64,000 nt of DNA, taken from NCBI GenBank assembly GCA_963713975.1, contig OY970218.1, positions 1,792,001 to 1,856,000 of the forward strand. Direction: 5' to 3'. The first letter of the stretch is position 1. Each line of letters opens with the position of its first letter. Below the pieces are notes generated by a model that saw only the letters and a program-made list of their open reading frames with translations, had not been told where the DNA came from and ran no database searches. The position numbers and the translations under genes were made by a program. The stretch is from an uncultured Chloroflexia bacterium. Its GTDB lineage: Bacteria > Chloroflexota > Limnocylindria > Limnocylindrales > CSP1-4. This document shows, piece after piece, positions 9,880 to 19,779 of this stretch.

Positions 9880-9994
9880 CTCACACCCCGCCAGAGCGCG
9901 GAAGCCTCGAGTCCCAGGAGCGCGAGGATCGCGCCGAGGAGTAGACATCGGCCCGGCGGCGGTCGGCCGCGTCGTCGCCCCGTTCATCGCCCAT
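9876..9994 (-). pseudogene. Internally deleted or frameshifted small phage membrane gene
   Basis: MGDERGDDAADRRRADVY in one frame; LLGAILALLGLEASALWRGVR* in another, with its stop overlapping the amidase start. Confidence 0.45.
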
Positions 9995-10109
9995 GCTGGC
10001 GCAGCCGGTCGATCCAGGCATCGACGAGGAGCGGGAGCACGAAGCGGTCGAGGGCGCCGCCCATCAGGACGCCGGCGAGGAACGCCAGGACGAGCTCGAC
10101 CCCGCTCAT
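9984..10109 (-). CDS. 41-aa single-TM phage protein
   Basis: MSGVELVLAFLAGVLMGGALDRFVLPLLVDAWIDRLRQHGR; overlaps its neighbours in phage style. Confidence 0.55.
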   Translation of the reverse strand: MSGVELVLAFLAGVLMGGALDRFVLPLLVDAWIDRLRQHGR

Positions 10110-10421
10110 CGCGCCGCCGAGAGACAGGTGACGGCGCGGACGTACCCGGTGGGGGGAACCGGGAGTCGACCTGGATCGGACCAGCGCGCCGTCATGCGGT
10201 TAGCGTGCGGGCGGCGGGCTCCAGTTTCTAGTTGGCCGATTGGGCCATGTCCTTGGACTGCGAGACGCGTCCTCAGACCGCCGCACCGTCGGTGAAGCTT
10301 CCCGGACCTGGCTTTGTGCGTCCAGACGGGACCGATAGGTTGCGACCTTGCGCTCGGCACGCGACGATGGCACCAACGGAACACCCACTCTCTCCGTCGA
10401 ACCGCACGAGGGGATCCAGCC

Positions 10422-12225
10422 GTGGACGCAGGCCCGGTCGAGCCCGCCCCAGACGACTCGGGGCAATTCGCCTCGCCCGTTGCGCCTGCCATCCACCGAG
10501 TCACCGTTCGCGGGCTGCGGGTCCACTGGTACGACGGGGGCGAGGAGCCGGTGACCGCCACGCTCCGGTTCCGCGTCGGACCCGTGGACGAGACGGTGGC
10601 CTCGGCGGGGCTCACGGCCATGGCGGCGAACGCGATCGTCGCCGAGGCGATCGACGCGCTCGGTCTGCGCCCCCACATGGATCCGATGCCCTCGGCCGCC
10701 GCCGACGGTGACCGTGGCCTCGGTGGCTCGCCGGAGCCCGACGACGAGAACGGCGAGGAGGTGCCCACTGCAGAGAAGGATGCGACGGACGTCGGCGACG
10801 ATGATGTCGCGACGGACGGCGCAGCCGACGACTGGGAGGACGAGGAGGCGTGGGGCGCAGAGGACGCCACGAAGGCGGGCATCTACCCCGCACTCGGGTG
10901 GGCCCTCGACGGGACCAGCGTCGCCTTCACCTGCACGGGGACCGCGGCGGAGGTGGGCGAGCGACTCGCCTGCCTCGTCGTGCCGGACGCGCCCTGGACC
11001 ACGGTCGCGCCGGGGTCCGGTGCGGCACGGTGGTGTCAGGCAGGCGTCGAACGCACGACGATCGAGGAGCTTCTTGCGCCGTGGTTCGGCGCACGCGGGT
11101 ACGGGCTCGGCTATGTCCTCGGGCGATTCGCGGGCGCGGAGCCGACCCCTGCGGAGTTGCATGCGTGGGCGCGATCCCGGTTCGTCCGAGAGAATGCCGT
11201 GCTCGTCCTCAACCGCGACCCCGAGCAGATCGAACTGCCGGACCTGCCCGCGGGTCGGCCATATCCGCCGCCACTCCCGCAGCCCGTCGCGACCGTGCCC
11301 ACCTTCATCCCGATCGGCGACGGCGTGCTGGCCTGGGGTGGCATCGGGCCGCGAGTCCCCGCCCTGTCGACGGCGGTTCACGCATTTGCGGACCGCCTGC
11401 GCCGCCAAGTTGAGGGTCCGCACCGCCTCGTGTTCGAGGTCGAGGTGTCGATCCTGCCGCTCGATGCGGCCAGCGCGCTCGTGGTGATCGCTGTCGAGGG
11501 TGCCGACCTCGATGCCGCGGTCCTCCTCGCGCCAGATCTCGAGGAGATCCTCGACGACCTCTGTGCCGAGGGTCCCACACCCACCGAACTCACCCGCGAT
11601 CGCAGCCGTCGGCAGAGCCTCGCGTTGGACCGCCCGGGGCTCGCTGACCAGCTCGCGGAGAACGATCTTGCAGGGGCGACGCCTGTCACGTTCGACGAGC
11701 TCATCGGCGCCTGGGACGCCATCGGGGCCGACGACGTGAAGGCGGCGTTGGCCGCCACCCGTTCGCAGTCGCTGCTTCTCGCCCCGCTGCCGGAGGCACC
11801 CGTGGGCTATGAGCCGTCCGCGGGCGCCCAACGGCGCCGGCCGACCGGGATCTTCCGGAAGTCGATTTCGGGACGGCAAGCGCAGCCGCCTTCTCGTCGA
11901 TGACAAAGGCCTCGCCGAGGAACGCGACGGCGAGATCGCGTGGAGCGTGGACTGGCCGGATGTCGAGCTGGTCCACAGCGCCCCGCACCGGCTGCGCCTT
12001 GTCACCCGCGACTGGGGGGAGATCGAGCTCACTGCCGGGGACTGGGCGTACGGGACGCAGCTGCTCGCGGTCGTGGCGCGCGCGATCCCCCCGGAGCGGA
12101 TCGCGTTCGCTATCCCGGATCCGGCGGTGCCGGCGCTGGCTCGACGGCCGGGGTGGTGGTGGGCGGGATCGTCACCCCGAGGTCGAGCGGTCCCGGCCAG
12201 CGACCTCGTCGAACCTCGCGCATGA
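10422..12225 (+). pseudogene. M16 (insulinase)-like protein lacking HXXEH, apparently frameshifted near 11860
   Basis: 'A.L.FRVG..DE....GL' M16-like N-terminus; the C-terminal domain continues in another frame (RFRDGKRSRLLVDDKG...). Confidence 0.5.
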
Positions 12226-13720
12226 TCGCCCAGGTGATCGTGACCAGGAGGGCCGCCGCGAACGCGACCGACGCCGCCTCGAGTCGCTCGCCTCCCTCGA
12301 GCGTGACCGCCGAAGCGAAGAGCAGGCCGATGACAACGAAGGCGAACACGCCGATCATCGCGCCGGCGGCGACGTCCCAGCGAAGCCGCGTTCGTCGCGT
12401 CCAGCTCTGCGTGTAGAGCCTTCGGGCGTCCGGGGACAACCGGGTTACGACGCGAAGGAGGAACACAGCCGCGACGAGGGCGAGTCCAGCGAGGATGGCG
12501 ATCACTCCGGTCATCGATGAGGTCGCAGGCACGACGGCGACGAGGAGCGCGGCGAGCGCGGCGCCCACGCCCAGCCGGCGGAGCGGCTGTCGCTCCATGT
12601 CGATGATGGCGGCGCCCCGGTAGTCGACGGAGGCGAGAGAGCGCCGTTGCGCTTCAACGACGAGCGCATGCGCCTCCCGGTGCCGCCCGCGGGCGGCGAG
12701 CAGGATCGCGGCGTTCCACCTCGCGACGGCATGGCCATCGTCGTTCGCCGCGGCTTCGAGGTACGCGGCCTCCGCCTCACGCCACCGGTGCTCGACGACG
12801 GCGGCGTGGCCGCGAAGCGCCTCAGCCTCGGCGGGCAGCCACGGGGCAAGGTCGGCTGCTGCCTCGCGGATCGCCGCGGCGTCTCGCTCGTCCACCGCCG
12901 CGATCGCAGCGCGGATCGCGGCCTGCCGATCCCGGCGGGCACGGGCGAGCCCGCGTTCCGCCACGGCCGGCGCATCGCGACCGAGCAGCGCTGCCTCGAG
13001 CCACGCTGCCACCGCGAGCGCCTCCGCGTCCTCGGGCCACGTGGCCCGGAGCCACCGCGCGAGGTGCATCGCCGCGCCGGCCCGTCCTCGGTTCCAGGTG
13101 GCGAGGGCGTAGGCGACGCCGATGCCAGGCCCGGCCAGACCCTCGCGCAGCCCGGGCTCGAGGAGGGCGATTGCGTCCTCGCTCCTCGACGCCGCGAGCA
13201 GGCCGAGCGCCTCGGCGTGCCTGGCCCCATGGTCGTCCCACTCACCCCGTGCGGGCTGGGGTCGCTGCCACTCGCCCGTCGGATCCGGCTCCAGGCGCTC
13301 GCGGACGAGCGTGCCGAGCGTCTGGTACCAGCCCCACGATTCGAAGGGCTCCGGATCCTCGTGCTTCGCCGCGTCGCCGGTCCGGCGACTGAACACGATC
13401 TGGATCTCGTCCTCTGCGGTCGCGCCCGAGACCAAGATCCGGTCGCCGAGCTCGCCCGGAACGTACCGCACGGACTCAATCGACCCGAGGGGCACTTCGG
13501 TGATCCGGCGCCACAGGAAGCGCGTCTCTGCCAGCACGAGTCGACGGAGCGTCAGCCGGGCCGCGCCGTGCACCGCCCCGAGTCGGGGGAAGCCCCACGC
13601 CAGGCACTGCGCGACGACCGGCTCGTCCGGCGCGAGCGGGGTGGCTCGTTCCAGGTCCCCGGCCAACGTCACGGAGCGGCGCGCCACCCGCCAGCGCTGA
13701 ACCGTCGACGCAGTCGCCAC
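12110..13720 (-). CDS. TPR-like repeat membrane protein
   Basis: AGGAG RBS before GTG 13720; Ala-rich TPR-like helices; four C-terminal TM segments. Confidence 0.65.
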   Translation of the reverse strand: MATASTVQRWRVARRSVTLAGDLERATPLAPDEPVVAQCLAWGFPRLGAVHGAARLTLRRLVLAETRFLWRRITEVPLGSIESVRYVPGELGDRILVSGATAEDEIQIVFSRRTGDAAKHEDPEPFESWGWYQTLGTLVRERLEPDPTGEWQRPQPARGEWDDHGARHAEALGLLAASRSEDAIALLEPGLREGLAGPGIGVAYALATWNRGRAGAAMHLARWLRATWPEDAEALAVAAWLEAALLGRDAPAVAERGLARARRDRQAAIRAAIAAVDERDAAAIREAAADLAPWLPAEAEALRGHAAVVEHRWREAEAAYLEAAANDDGHAVARWNAAILLAARGRHREAHALVVEAQRRSLASVDYRGAAIIDMERQPLRRLGVGAALAALLVAVVPATSSMTGVIAILAGLALVAAVFLLRVVTRLSPDARRLYTQSWTRRTRLRWDVAAGAMIGVFAFVVIGLLFASAVTLEGGERLEAASVAFAAALLVTITWAIMREVRRGRWPGPLDLGVTIPPTTTPAVEPAPAPPDPG

Positions 13721-13820
13721 ACGATCTCCTCGGCCTGTTCTCTCGCACCCCATTGTGCGCTGTGAGGGGCTCCGGTACGTGGGCGATGACGACGCCTTGG
13801 GCCGCCCGCTTGCCGGATCG

Positions 13821-14084
13821 TCAGGGCGCGGAACGCCGCCGCCGCTCACCCTGGGCTCGGCCATCGGGTTCCGGGAGCCGCTCCGCGAGAATCCACACGA
13901 GCTGCGCGGTGGCCGTCGCGCCGACCTTCGATCTCGCATTCGCAAGGTGGTGCTTGACGGTCGAGTGGGACAGGCCGAGCCGGTGAGCAGCCTCCTTCTC
14001 GGAGCCCGCCGCGATGACCGCGGCGACAACTGCGAGCTCGTGGTCCGTGGCGCGCTGAACGGCATGGGGCGACCGGCGCGTCAT
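13821..14084 (-). CDS. LuxR-type HTH regulator
   Basis: 'SEKEAAHRLGLSHSTVKHHLANARSKVG...AQLV'. Confidence 0.8.
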   Translation of the reverse strand: MTRRSPHAVQRATDHELAVVAAVIAAGSEKEAAHRLGLSHSTVKHHLANARSKVGATATAQLVWILAERLPEPDGRAQGERRRRSAP

Positions 14085-14164
14085 GCGCTCTGGAGCCATT
14101 CGGAAGGCTCCGGCGGCTCGGCGAGGCGCATGACGATAGGAAGGTCGTTCGTGGCGGGGCTATC

Positions 14165-14180
14165 CCTCTCGCCCCGACCA
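14165..14180 (+). other. att-like core matching a tRNA-Pro 3' end
   Basis: CCTCTCGCCCCGACCA resembles a tRNA-Pro 3' terminus with CCA; no full tRNA upstream of it. Confidence 0.55.
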
Positions 14181-14236
14181 GTCTCACGCACGTCCACCTG
14201 TAGGCCTCCTGGGTCTGGCTGCCCGCCCGCAGCACG

Positions 14237-14605
14237 TCAGGGATGGGGCTCACTCCAATCCCGTGGAAGTGCGGTGGTCACGACTCGACCGTCCGCGCCC
14301 TTGACGCACGCCCCCATCTCCTTGACGGTCGCCGTGCCGCCCGTTGGAGTGAACTCGACCCACCCCAGGGTGGCCAGCAGGTAGACCTCCTCCTGAGGGT
14401 CGCCGTTTCCGAGAGACGCCGGGAGGTTGAACATGTCGAAGTCCGCCTTCTGCGCGACGAGGATCGGCGTGTTCGCAGGCCACCCGCATTCAGCCATCGT
14501 CATCGGCACATCGGCCGGCAGGGCAATAGGAGTCGTGCCCGGCGGGCCGGAACACGCGGCAACGATCATCGCGGCCACCACGGTGGCCGCAGGCAAGGTC
14601 CTCAT
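14237..14605 (-). CDS. Hypothetical lipoprotein
   Basis: MRTLP..., lipobox VAAC. Confidence 0.65.
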   Translation of the reverse strand: MRTLPAATVVAAMIVAACSGPPGTTPIALPADVPMTMAECGWPANTPILVAQKADFDMFNLPASLGNGDPQEEVYLLATLGWVEFTPTGGTATVKEMGACVKGADGRVVTTALPRDWSEPHP

Positions 14606-15004
14606 GGGCCACCGAAGCTTGACGACTGGTCGCCGTGAGGTCACCGCACGTCGCCTCCATGCTGGTGGGGCAGCCGCCACGCCTCGCTCGCCTTGGTTGT
14701 GGAGCGATCCGAGCGCGTCCGCCACTCACCCCTAGGCTACACGGCTGCGCGGTCAGATCCGATCGGCGTACCGCCACGGATCCGCCGACCACCGTGCGGA
14801 GCTTGACCATCGGGCGGGCTACTATGCGAACGCGCCCCTGTCGGTTGACCCGAGGGAGTGATCGTGGCCGCCACAGAAGCCCGCATCGTGCGCAGATCCG
14901 TCAATCCCCTCCTGCCGTCGAACGAGTTCATTCGGGATGTGGACCGGCTGCTCGACCCCACCCGCGCGCCTCGGGCCGGGCCAGGCGGCTTCTCGAGCCG
15001 TGCG

Positions 15005-15400
15005 ATGCTAGAACGCGTGACCGGCCCCGCTGCTACCGACGAGACCCGTATCGATCGCTGGCTGTGCGCGGTGCGTCTCGTGAAGACCCGCCCGCTTGCG
15101 ACCCGGCTGTGCGAGGGCAGCCACGTCCTCGTGAACGGATCGCCGGCGAAGCCGTCGACGAAGGTTCGCACGGGCGATCGCGTGGAGGCGCTCATCGCCG
15201 ATCGCGAGCGCGTCGTCGAGGTCGTGAGGCCGATCGAGTCGCGTGTCGGGGCCCCTGTCGCCGCGACCTGCTACGTGGACCACAGCCCGCCCGTCGTGCC
15301 GAAGGGCGGGCCCGCGATCGTGCTCGTCCGCGGGGAGGGCCGGCCGAGCAAGCGCCTGCGGCGCGAGCTCGAGCGCCTGCGCAGGGCCACCGACGCCTGA
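15005..15400 (+). CDS. RNA-binding S4 domain protein (Hsp15/HslR-like)
   Basis: RIDRWL.AVRL.KTR..A...C..V.VNG..AKPS..V..GD; GRPSKR.RR. Confidence 0.88.
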   Translation: MLERVTGPAATDETRIDRWLCAVRLVKTRPLATRLCEGSHVLVNGSPAKPSTKVRTGDRVEALIADRERVVEVVRPIESRVGAPVAATCYVDHSPPVVPKGGPAIVLVRGEGRPSKRLRRELERLRRATDA

Positions 15401-15927
15401 GCCCGGGTCGAGCCGGCAACCCGCGCCATCGGTGCGGCAGCCGCGGTGCTTGAGGCGGACCGCAGCATCACGACGGACGCCAACTGGCCGGCGATGGTAG
15501 TTAGGGTCGAGGCGCTCGCGAAGGACGCGTAGGGCCTCGGCCGGATCGGGTCGGCTCAGGCGGGACAACGCCTCTCTTGCGAGCGGGCTGGACGTCCCCG
15601 GGCCCTGAAGGCCGCATCGCATCTGCGTTTCGTGACCGTCCGACAGCGATGGCGACAGTCCGTGCGGCTGAAGGTCGACGCCGGCGACTACGCGACGGCG
15701 AGGTCCAGAGCCCCAGGAGGTGGCGGCGTCGCCTGGGAGGGTCGTGTCGTCGAGGCCCTCGATCGGCGTGTGGGCCCACCAAGCACCCGGCAGCGCGCAC
15801 CGATCGGGAGGGTGACCCCCAAGTCGACGGATGCTTCTCAGGGTTGTCTCAGCAGCGACTAGCACTGTTGGACCTGCGCCTTGACGAGGTTGCCGAGGCG
15901 CGATGCTGACCCGAAAGGTCGTGCGCC

Positions 15928-16285
15928 ATGGACCTCTGGCTCGTCACCCTCGTCGCGATCGTCGCCATGGTCGCGATCGGCACCGTGGGCGCCGGCTCGA
16001 TCTTCCCGGCCCGGTGACCCCATGTGCACCCGCGGCGGCCGTCCGTTCCCGACGAGACTCTGGCTCAGCTCCCTTGCGGCGATCATCGCCATCGTGGCGG
16101 TCGGCATCGTCATCAACCGTTCCGAGGGTCACGGCGCCTCGCCGATCGTCGATCGGCTGGGCGCGGCGGTGATCGTCACGGCTGCGGTCGCCGTCGCCAA
16201 GCTGGTCGCCGGGACGCGAGCCGCGGCCGTGACCGGCGTCGTGGGGACCGCGATCGCGGTGGTGCTGCTGGTCCACCTCGCGTAG
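15928..16285 (+). pseudogene. Fragmented small membrane protein
   Basis: MDLWLVTLVAIVAMV... stops at 16017; a hydrophobic continuation lies in another frame to 16285. Confidence 0.35.
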
Positions 16286-16301
16286 GCGCCTGGGGACGGC
16301 C

Positions 16302-17069
16302 TCAAGAGGCGGTGACCTTGGATCCCCGGACAGGCACGCCAGCAACGCTTCGAGAGCGCTCGGGCGACCGTGATCCCCTGATCGCGATCTTGAACAGCCA
16401 GACGATCAGGAGTGCCTCTCCGACGAACGTGAACACGCTGATGGTCAGGGAGTAGTCAGGCACGAGGATCGCTCCGAGCGAATCGGCCAGGTATCCGGCT
16501 CCGGCCAGGAGCACGAGGGCCCCGAGGAGCCTCGGGAACGCGACGGATCGGATGAGCAGCACACCAAGCCCGACGAGATGCAGGCCGAAGATCGCGAGGG
16601 CCAGGTCCCAGCCGTTGCCGAACGAGGCGATCGACGAAGCGACCTGGGCTTGGACCTGGGCAGGCGTCAGGGCCGTCGCTTCGGTGCCCTGGAGCAGCTG
16701 CGCGACATCGAGCAGGTTGACGAGCGCGTACGCAAAGACGGCGGCGTAGGCCACCCGCAACCAGGCGACAAGGAGCGCAAGGCTCTCACTCGTCGGCCGA
16801 AGGAGCAGGTACAGGCCCCACGCGACCACGATGTCGAGGATGGCGACGACGAGGAACGCGGCGATTGCGAACCGGAACGATCCCATCGATGCCACGATGT
16901 TCGCGACTGTCGCCGCAGCGTCGGACGGGATGACCAGCGTCTGGAGCACGCCGAAGTTCGCGAAGGGTGCCAGGAGTGCCATGAGCAGCAGGCTCACGGC
17001 GGTGGCCAGCGCAGCGGTGCGGTGGGTGTGATCGGCGGTGGACGGGCTGGTGGTCGTCGGGATGCTCAC
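16302..17069 (-). CDS. DUF4386 family membrane protein
   Basis: 'DA..T..NI....FR....DIVVAW.LY.LL', 'FGLHL', 'GE' pattern; GTG overlaps the upstream stop. Confidence 0.8.
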   Translation of the reverse strand: MSIPTTTSPSTADHTHRTAALATAVSLLLMALLAPFANFGVLQTLVIPSDAAATVANIVASMGSFRFAIAAFLVVAILDIVVAWGLYLLLRPTSESLALLVAWLRVAYAAVFAYALVNLLDVAQLLQGTEATALTPAQVQAQVASSIASFGNGWDLALAIFGLHLVGLGVLLIRSVAFPRLLGALVLLAGAGYLADSLGAILVPDYSLTISVFTFVGEALLIVWLFKIAIRGSRSPERSRSVAGVPVRGSKVTAS

Positions 17070-17212
17070 GAGGCATCCTCGTCCTTCTTGTCGCCCTTGA
17101 TGAGATGGGAGATCCCCCAGAAGAACACCCCCGTGCCGATACCCGACAGAAAGAACAGCAGCCCGAGGCCGACGGGAGAACCCCAGGCGGCGGGTGCGAT
17201 CAGGAATTCCAT
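17066..17212 (-). CDS. 48-aa membrane microprotein
   Basis: MEFLIAPAAWGSPVGLGLLFF...; AAGGAG RBS; coupled to the DUF4386 gene. Confidence 0.65.
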   Translation of the reverse strand: MEFLIAPAAWGSPVGLGLLFFLSGIGTGVFFWGISHLIKGDKKDEDAS

Positions 17213-17230
17213 GAGTAGCTCCTTCCATTC

Positions 17231-17269
17231 GTACGCTGTAAGGTTTACGCCGTACAGATTACGGTGTAA
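17231..17269. promoter_or_regulatory. Three TAC-N3-GTA palindromes at 14-bp spacing (probable TetR operators)
   Basis: gtacgctgtaa, ttacgccgtac, ttacggtgtaa between divergent genes. Confidence 0.6.
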
Positions 17270-17323
17270 AGTCGGGGCTGTCAACCCCGTCGGGCGAACG
17301 GGACGGATCCCAGGAGCGAGTCA

Positions 17324-17998
17324 ATGCCTGCGAAGTCACCCACGAAGGCCGAGCAGCGGATCCCGCTGACGCGAGAGCGCGTGCTCCTGGCAGCCATGGA
17401 GCTCGCCGACCAGGGCGGGCTCCAGTCGCTGAGCATGCGCCGCCTGGGCGCGGCGCTCGGCGTCGAGGCGATGGCCCTCTACTACCACGTCGCCAATCGC
17501 GAGGCGATCATCGACGGTCTCGTGGACCTCGTCTTTGGCGAGATCGAGCTGCCACCGGTCGAGGCGGACTGGCGGGCTGCGATGCGCCGGCGGGCGATCT
17601 CGGTGCGGGAGGTCCTGGGTCGCCATCCGTGGGCCATCGGTCTCATGGAGTCGCGCCCCAACGCAGGTTCCATGAGCCTGCGCCACCATGACGCCGTGCT
17701 CGGAAGCCTCCGCTCCAGTGGGTTCACGATCGAGCTGGCCGCGCACGCCTATTCCCTGCTCGACAGCTACATCTACGGGTTCGCGATGAGCCATACGAGC
17801 ATGCCGTTCGACACGGCGGAAGAGGCGGCCGCGGTTGCGGAGAGCATGCTCGCGGCCCTCGACCGCGATGCCTACCCGTACCTGGCCGAGATCACCACCG
17901 AGGTCGTCATGCAGCCCGGCTACGACTACGGCAACGAGTTCGAGTACGGGCTGGATCTCATCCTGGACGGCCTGGAGCGTCGTCGGAACGCGGCCTGA
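17324..17998 (+). CDS. TetR family regulator (TetR_C)
   Basis: [21 protein letters not shown]; [11 protein letters not shown] tail. Confidence 0.93.
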   Translation: MPAKSPTKAEQRIPLTRERVLLAAMELADQGGLQSLSMRRLGAALGVEAMALYYHVANREAIIDGLVDLVFGEIELPPVEADWRAAMRRRAISVREVLGRHPWAIGLMESRPNAGSMSLRHHDAVLGSLRSSGFTIELAAHAYSLLDSYIYGFAMSHTSMPFDTAEEAAAVAESMLAALDRDAYPYLAEITTEVVMQPGYDYGNEFEYGLDLILDGLERRRNAA

Positions 17999-18135
17999 TC
18001 TCGTTCCGCGGCTTCTACCCGGCCCGGATCCCACCGGAGATTCCGCCGGCGGCAGCGCTCGAGAGGGCGGGCCCCTCTCGTTCCGGGATGCCCTGATCCT
18101 CCAGCCGTGACACGCGGCATCGAGACCCAGGGGAT

Positions 18136-19010
18136 CTAGCGACCGAGGATCTCGACCAGCATCTCGACGAAACGCGGCCCATTGGCATCGAAGGCGAACT
18201 CGACGTTCGGGAGCCCGGCGGGCGTCGGGCGGACATCGCTGATCGTGCGTCCCGCAGCCAGCGTCGACGTCGTCTCGACATCCACCCGGATGTGCCGGGT
18301 CGAGAGCACGGCAGGTTCGATCACGGCGCAGACGGATAGGGCGTCATGTACTGGTGCGGTGGTCGCGCCGGCCATCGGCTGAGTCGCGTTGTACCCGGCG
18401 ATCCGCTGCTCGACGATCGCCGCCGACGCGTTCGCCGCCGCGGTTCCCAGCGCCCGAAGGCGCGCGCAGTCGTCAAGGGAGACGGGGGCGCGATGGGTCG
18501 CGTCGAGCGGCACCATGCGGATGGGACGTCCGCACTCGACGACGATCCGTGCGGCCTCGGGATCCACCCAGCAGTTGTACTCCGCCGAGGCCGTCCTGTT
18601 CCCGCTCTCGTGGAGTGCCACCGGCACGTTCGTCAGGGGCCCGACCGCGACGAGGGTGATGTCGCCCTCGGAGGCCATGTACGTGTCGCACACCCAGTCC
18701 ACCGCATGCTGTGCGCGAGGAGGCGTCCGGGCGGCCGGCAGATCCAGCAGGTCGCGGTGGATGACCGCGGCCATCCCCCGGTCGCCCTGGGGTCGCAGCT
18801 TCGGCGCCGCCATCCCGCCGAAGACGGGGATATCTCCTCGCCCGATGAGGTCGAGCACACGGAGCGTGTTCTCGGTCGTGTAGTCCACTCCGGTGTTGCC
18901 GTTGACGGCGGTCGCCCCGACCAGCTCGATGTCGGGCGACAGCGCGGCCACCATCAGTGCGACCGCATCGTCCGTCCCGGTATCGACGTCAGGATGATCT
19001 TGGTGGGCAT
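18136..19010 (-). pseudogene. Nucleoside hydrolase (IU-NH), frameshifted with an internal deletion
   Basis: MPTKIIL is out of frame with DVDTGTDDA (1-nt loss near 18990); the IMGG segment is absent between GPLTNV and GN..AEYN. Confidence 0.75.
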
Positions 19011-19116
19011 GACGCCAGTCCATTGGTGAGGGCTGGCCCCCGCTGAGGGCGGTCCAGGCGTAGGGGCCACGCCGATCAGCCGGCTGTCCGGCGCTCGCCG
19101 GGCTCTGGGCGTGCGG

Positions 19117-19656
19117 TCAGCTCGGGGTGATCGCCAGCGTGGGGTCGCGTGGGGCTCCAGCCGCCCGCTCGCCGGCCTGTGCCAGCTGGACCCGGCGGAT
19201 CCGGAGCGCCTGGTCGGTGGCCAGCCAGCGGAAGAAGCGTCGATCGGAGGCCGGGAAGTGCGACTGGACGAGCTCCATCGGGACAAGCTCCGGCTGGTCG
19301 ACCATGTATGTGGTCCCTTCGTGCACGATGGTGGCGGACCCCGCCGCCAGGACGTTCTGGAGCCAGTTGGTGCGCGACCCGTAGACGAGCGCGATCACGA
19401 ACCCGCCGTCGACGGCCAGCGCATCGACGGGCGTCTCGTACGGCCGGCCGGAGATCCGGCCGCGGTGCCGGATCACGGCCGCATACGCTCCGTGCGAGCC
19501 CGCCGATCGCATCTGGCGCGGATTGATGATCGAGCGCTGGAGGCGGATGAAGGGCTTGAGCACGAGCGGGGACTTCGCCCGCCAGCCCACGATGAACGCG
19601 AGCGCGATCGCCACGAGCCCGAGGATCAGGATGCCCACGAGGGTTGCCAGTTGCAT
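19117..19656 (-). CDS. Deazaflavin (F420)-dependent nitroreductase family protein
   Basis: H.GR.SGRPY.TPV, IAL.YG..T.W..NVLAAG. Confidence 0.85.
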   Translation of the reverse strand: MQLATLVGILILGLVAIALAFIVGWRAKSPLVLKPFIRLQRSIINPRQMRSAGSHGAYAAVIRHRGRISGRPYETPVDALAVDGGFVIALVYGSRTNWLQNVLAAGSATIVHEGTTYMVDQPELVPMELVQSHFPASDRRFFRWLATDQALRIRRVQLAQAGERAAGAPRDPTLAITPS

Positions 19657-19688
19657 GGCCCGAGAAGCTCCTTTGGTCTGTCACACTG

Positions 19689-19735
19689 AGGCTTACGATG
19701 TAAGCCTGTCGGGTATGCTATGACTACACTGTAAG
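19689..19735. promoter_or_regulatory. TetR operator palindrome(s)
   Basis: aggcttac-gat-gtaagcct perfect inverted repeat plus ctac-act-gtaag. Confidence 0.65.
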
Positions 19736-19779
19736 CTTGTCAAGGGGCGAGGAGGAGCCGTGTTGGAGGAGGAGCCGGG

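Larger units (their letters stand above)
5286..14180. mobile_element. Degraded prophage/integrative element with cargo genes
   Basis: HNH nuclease, holin, amidase, phage-style overlapping small ORFs, TA remnant, att-like tRNA-Pro 3' fragment at the right end; no integrase, capsid or terminase seen; left boundary approximate. Confidence 0.55.

Noticed and set aside
15400-15900. Possible gene fragments between the S4 gene and the membrane pseudogene
   Set aside because: No recognisable motif or reliable start; cannot support a call.
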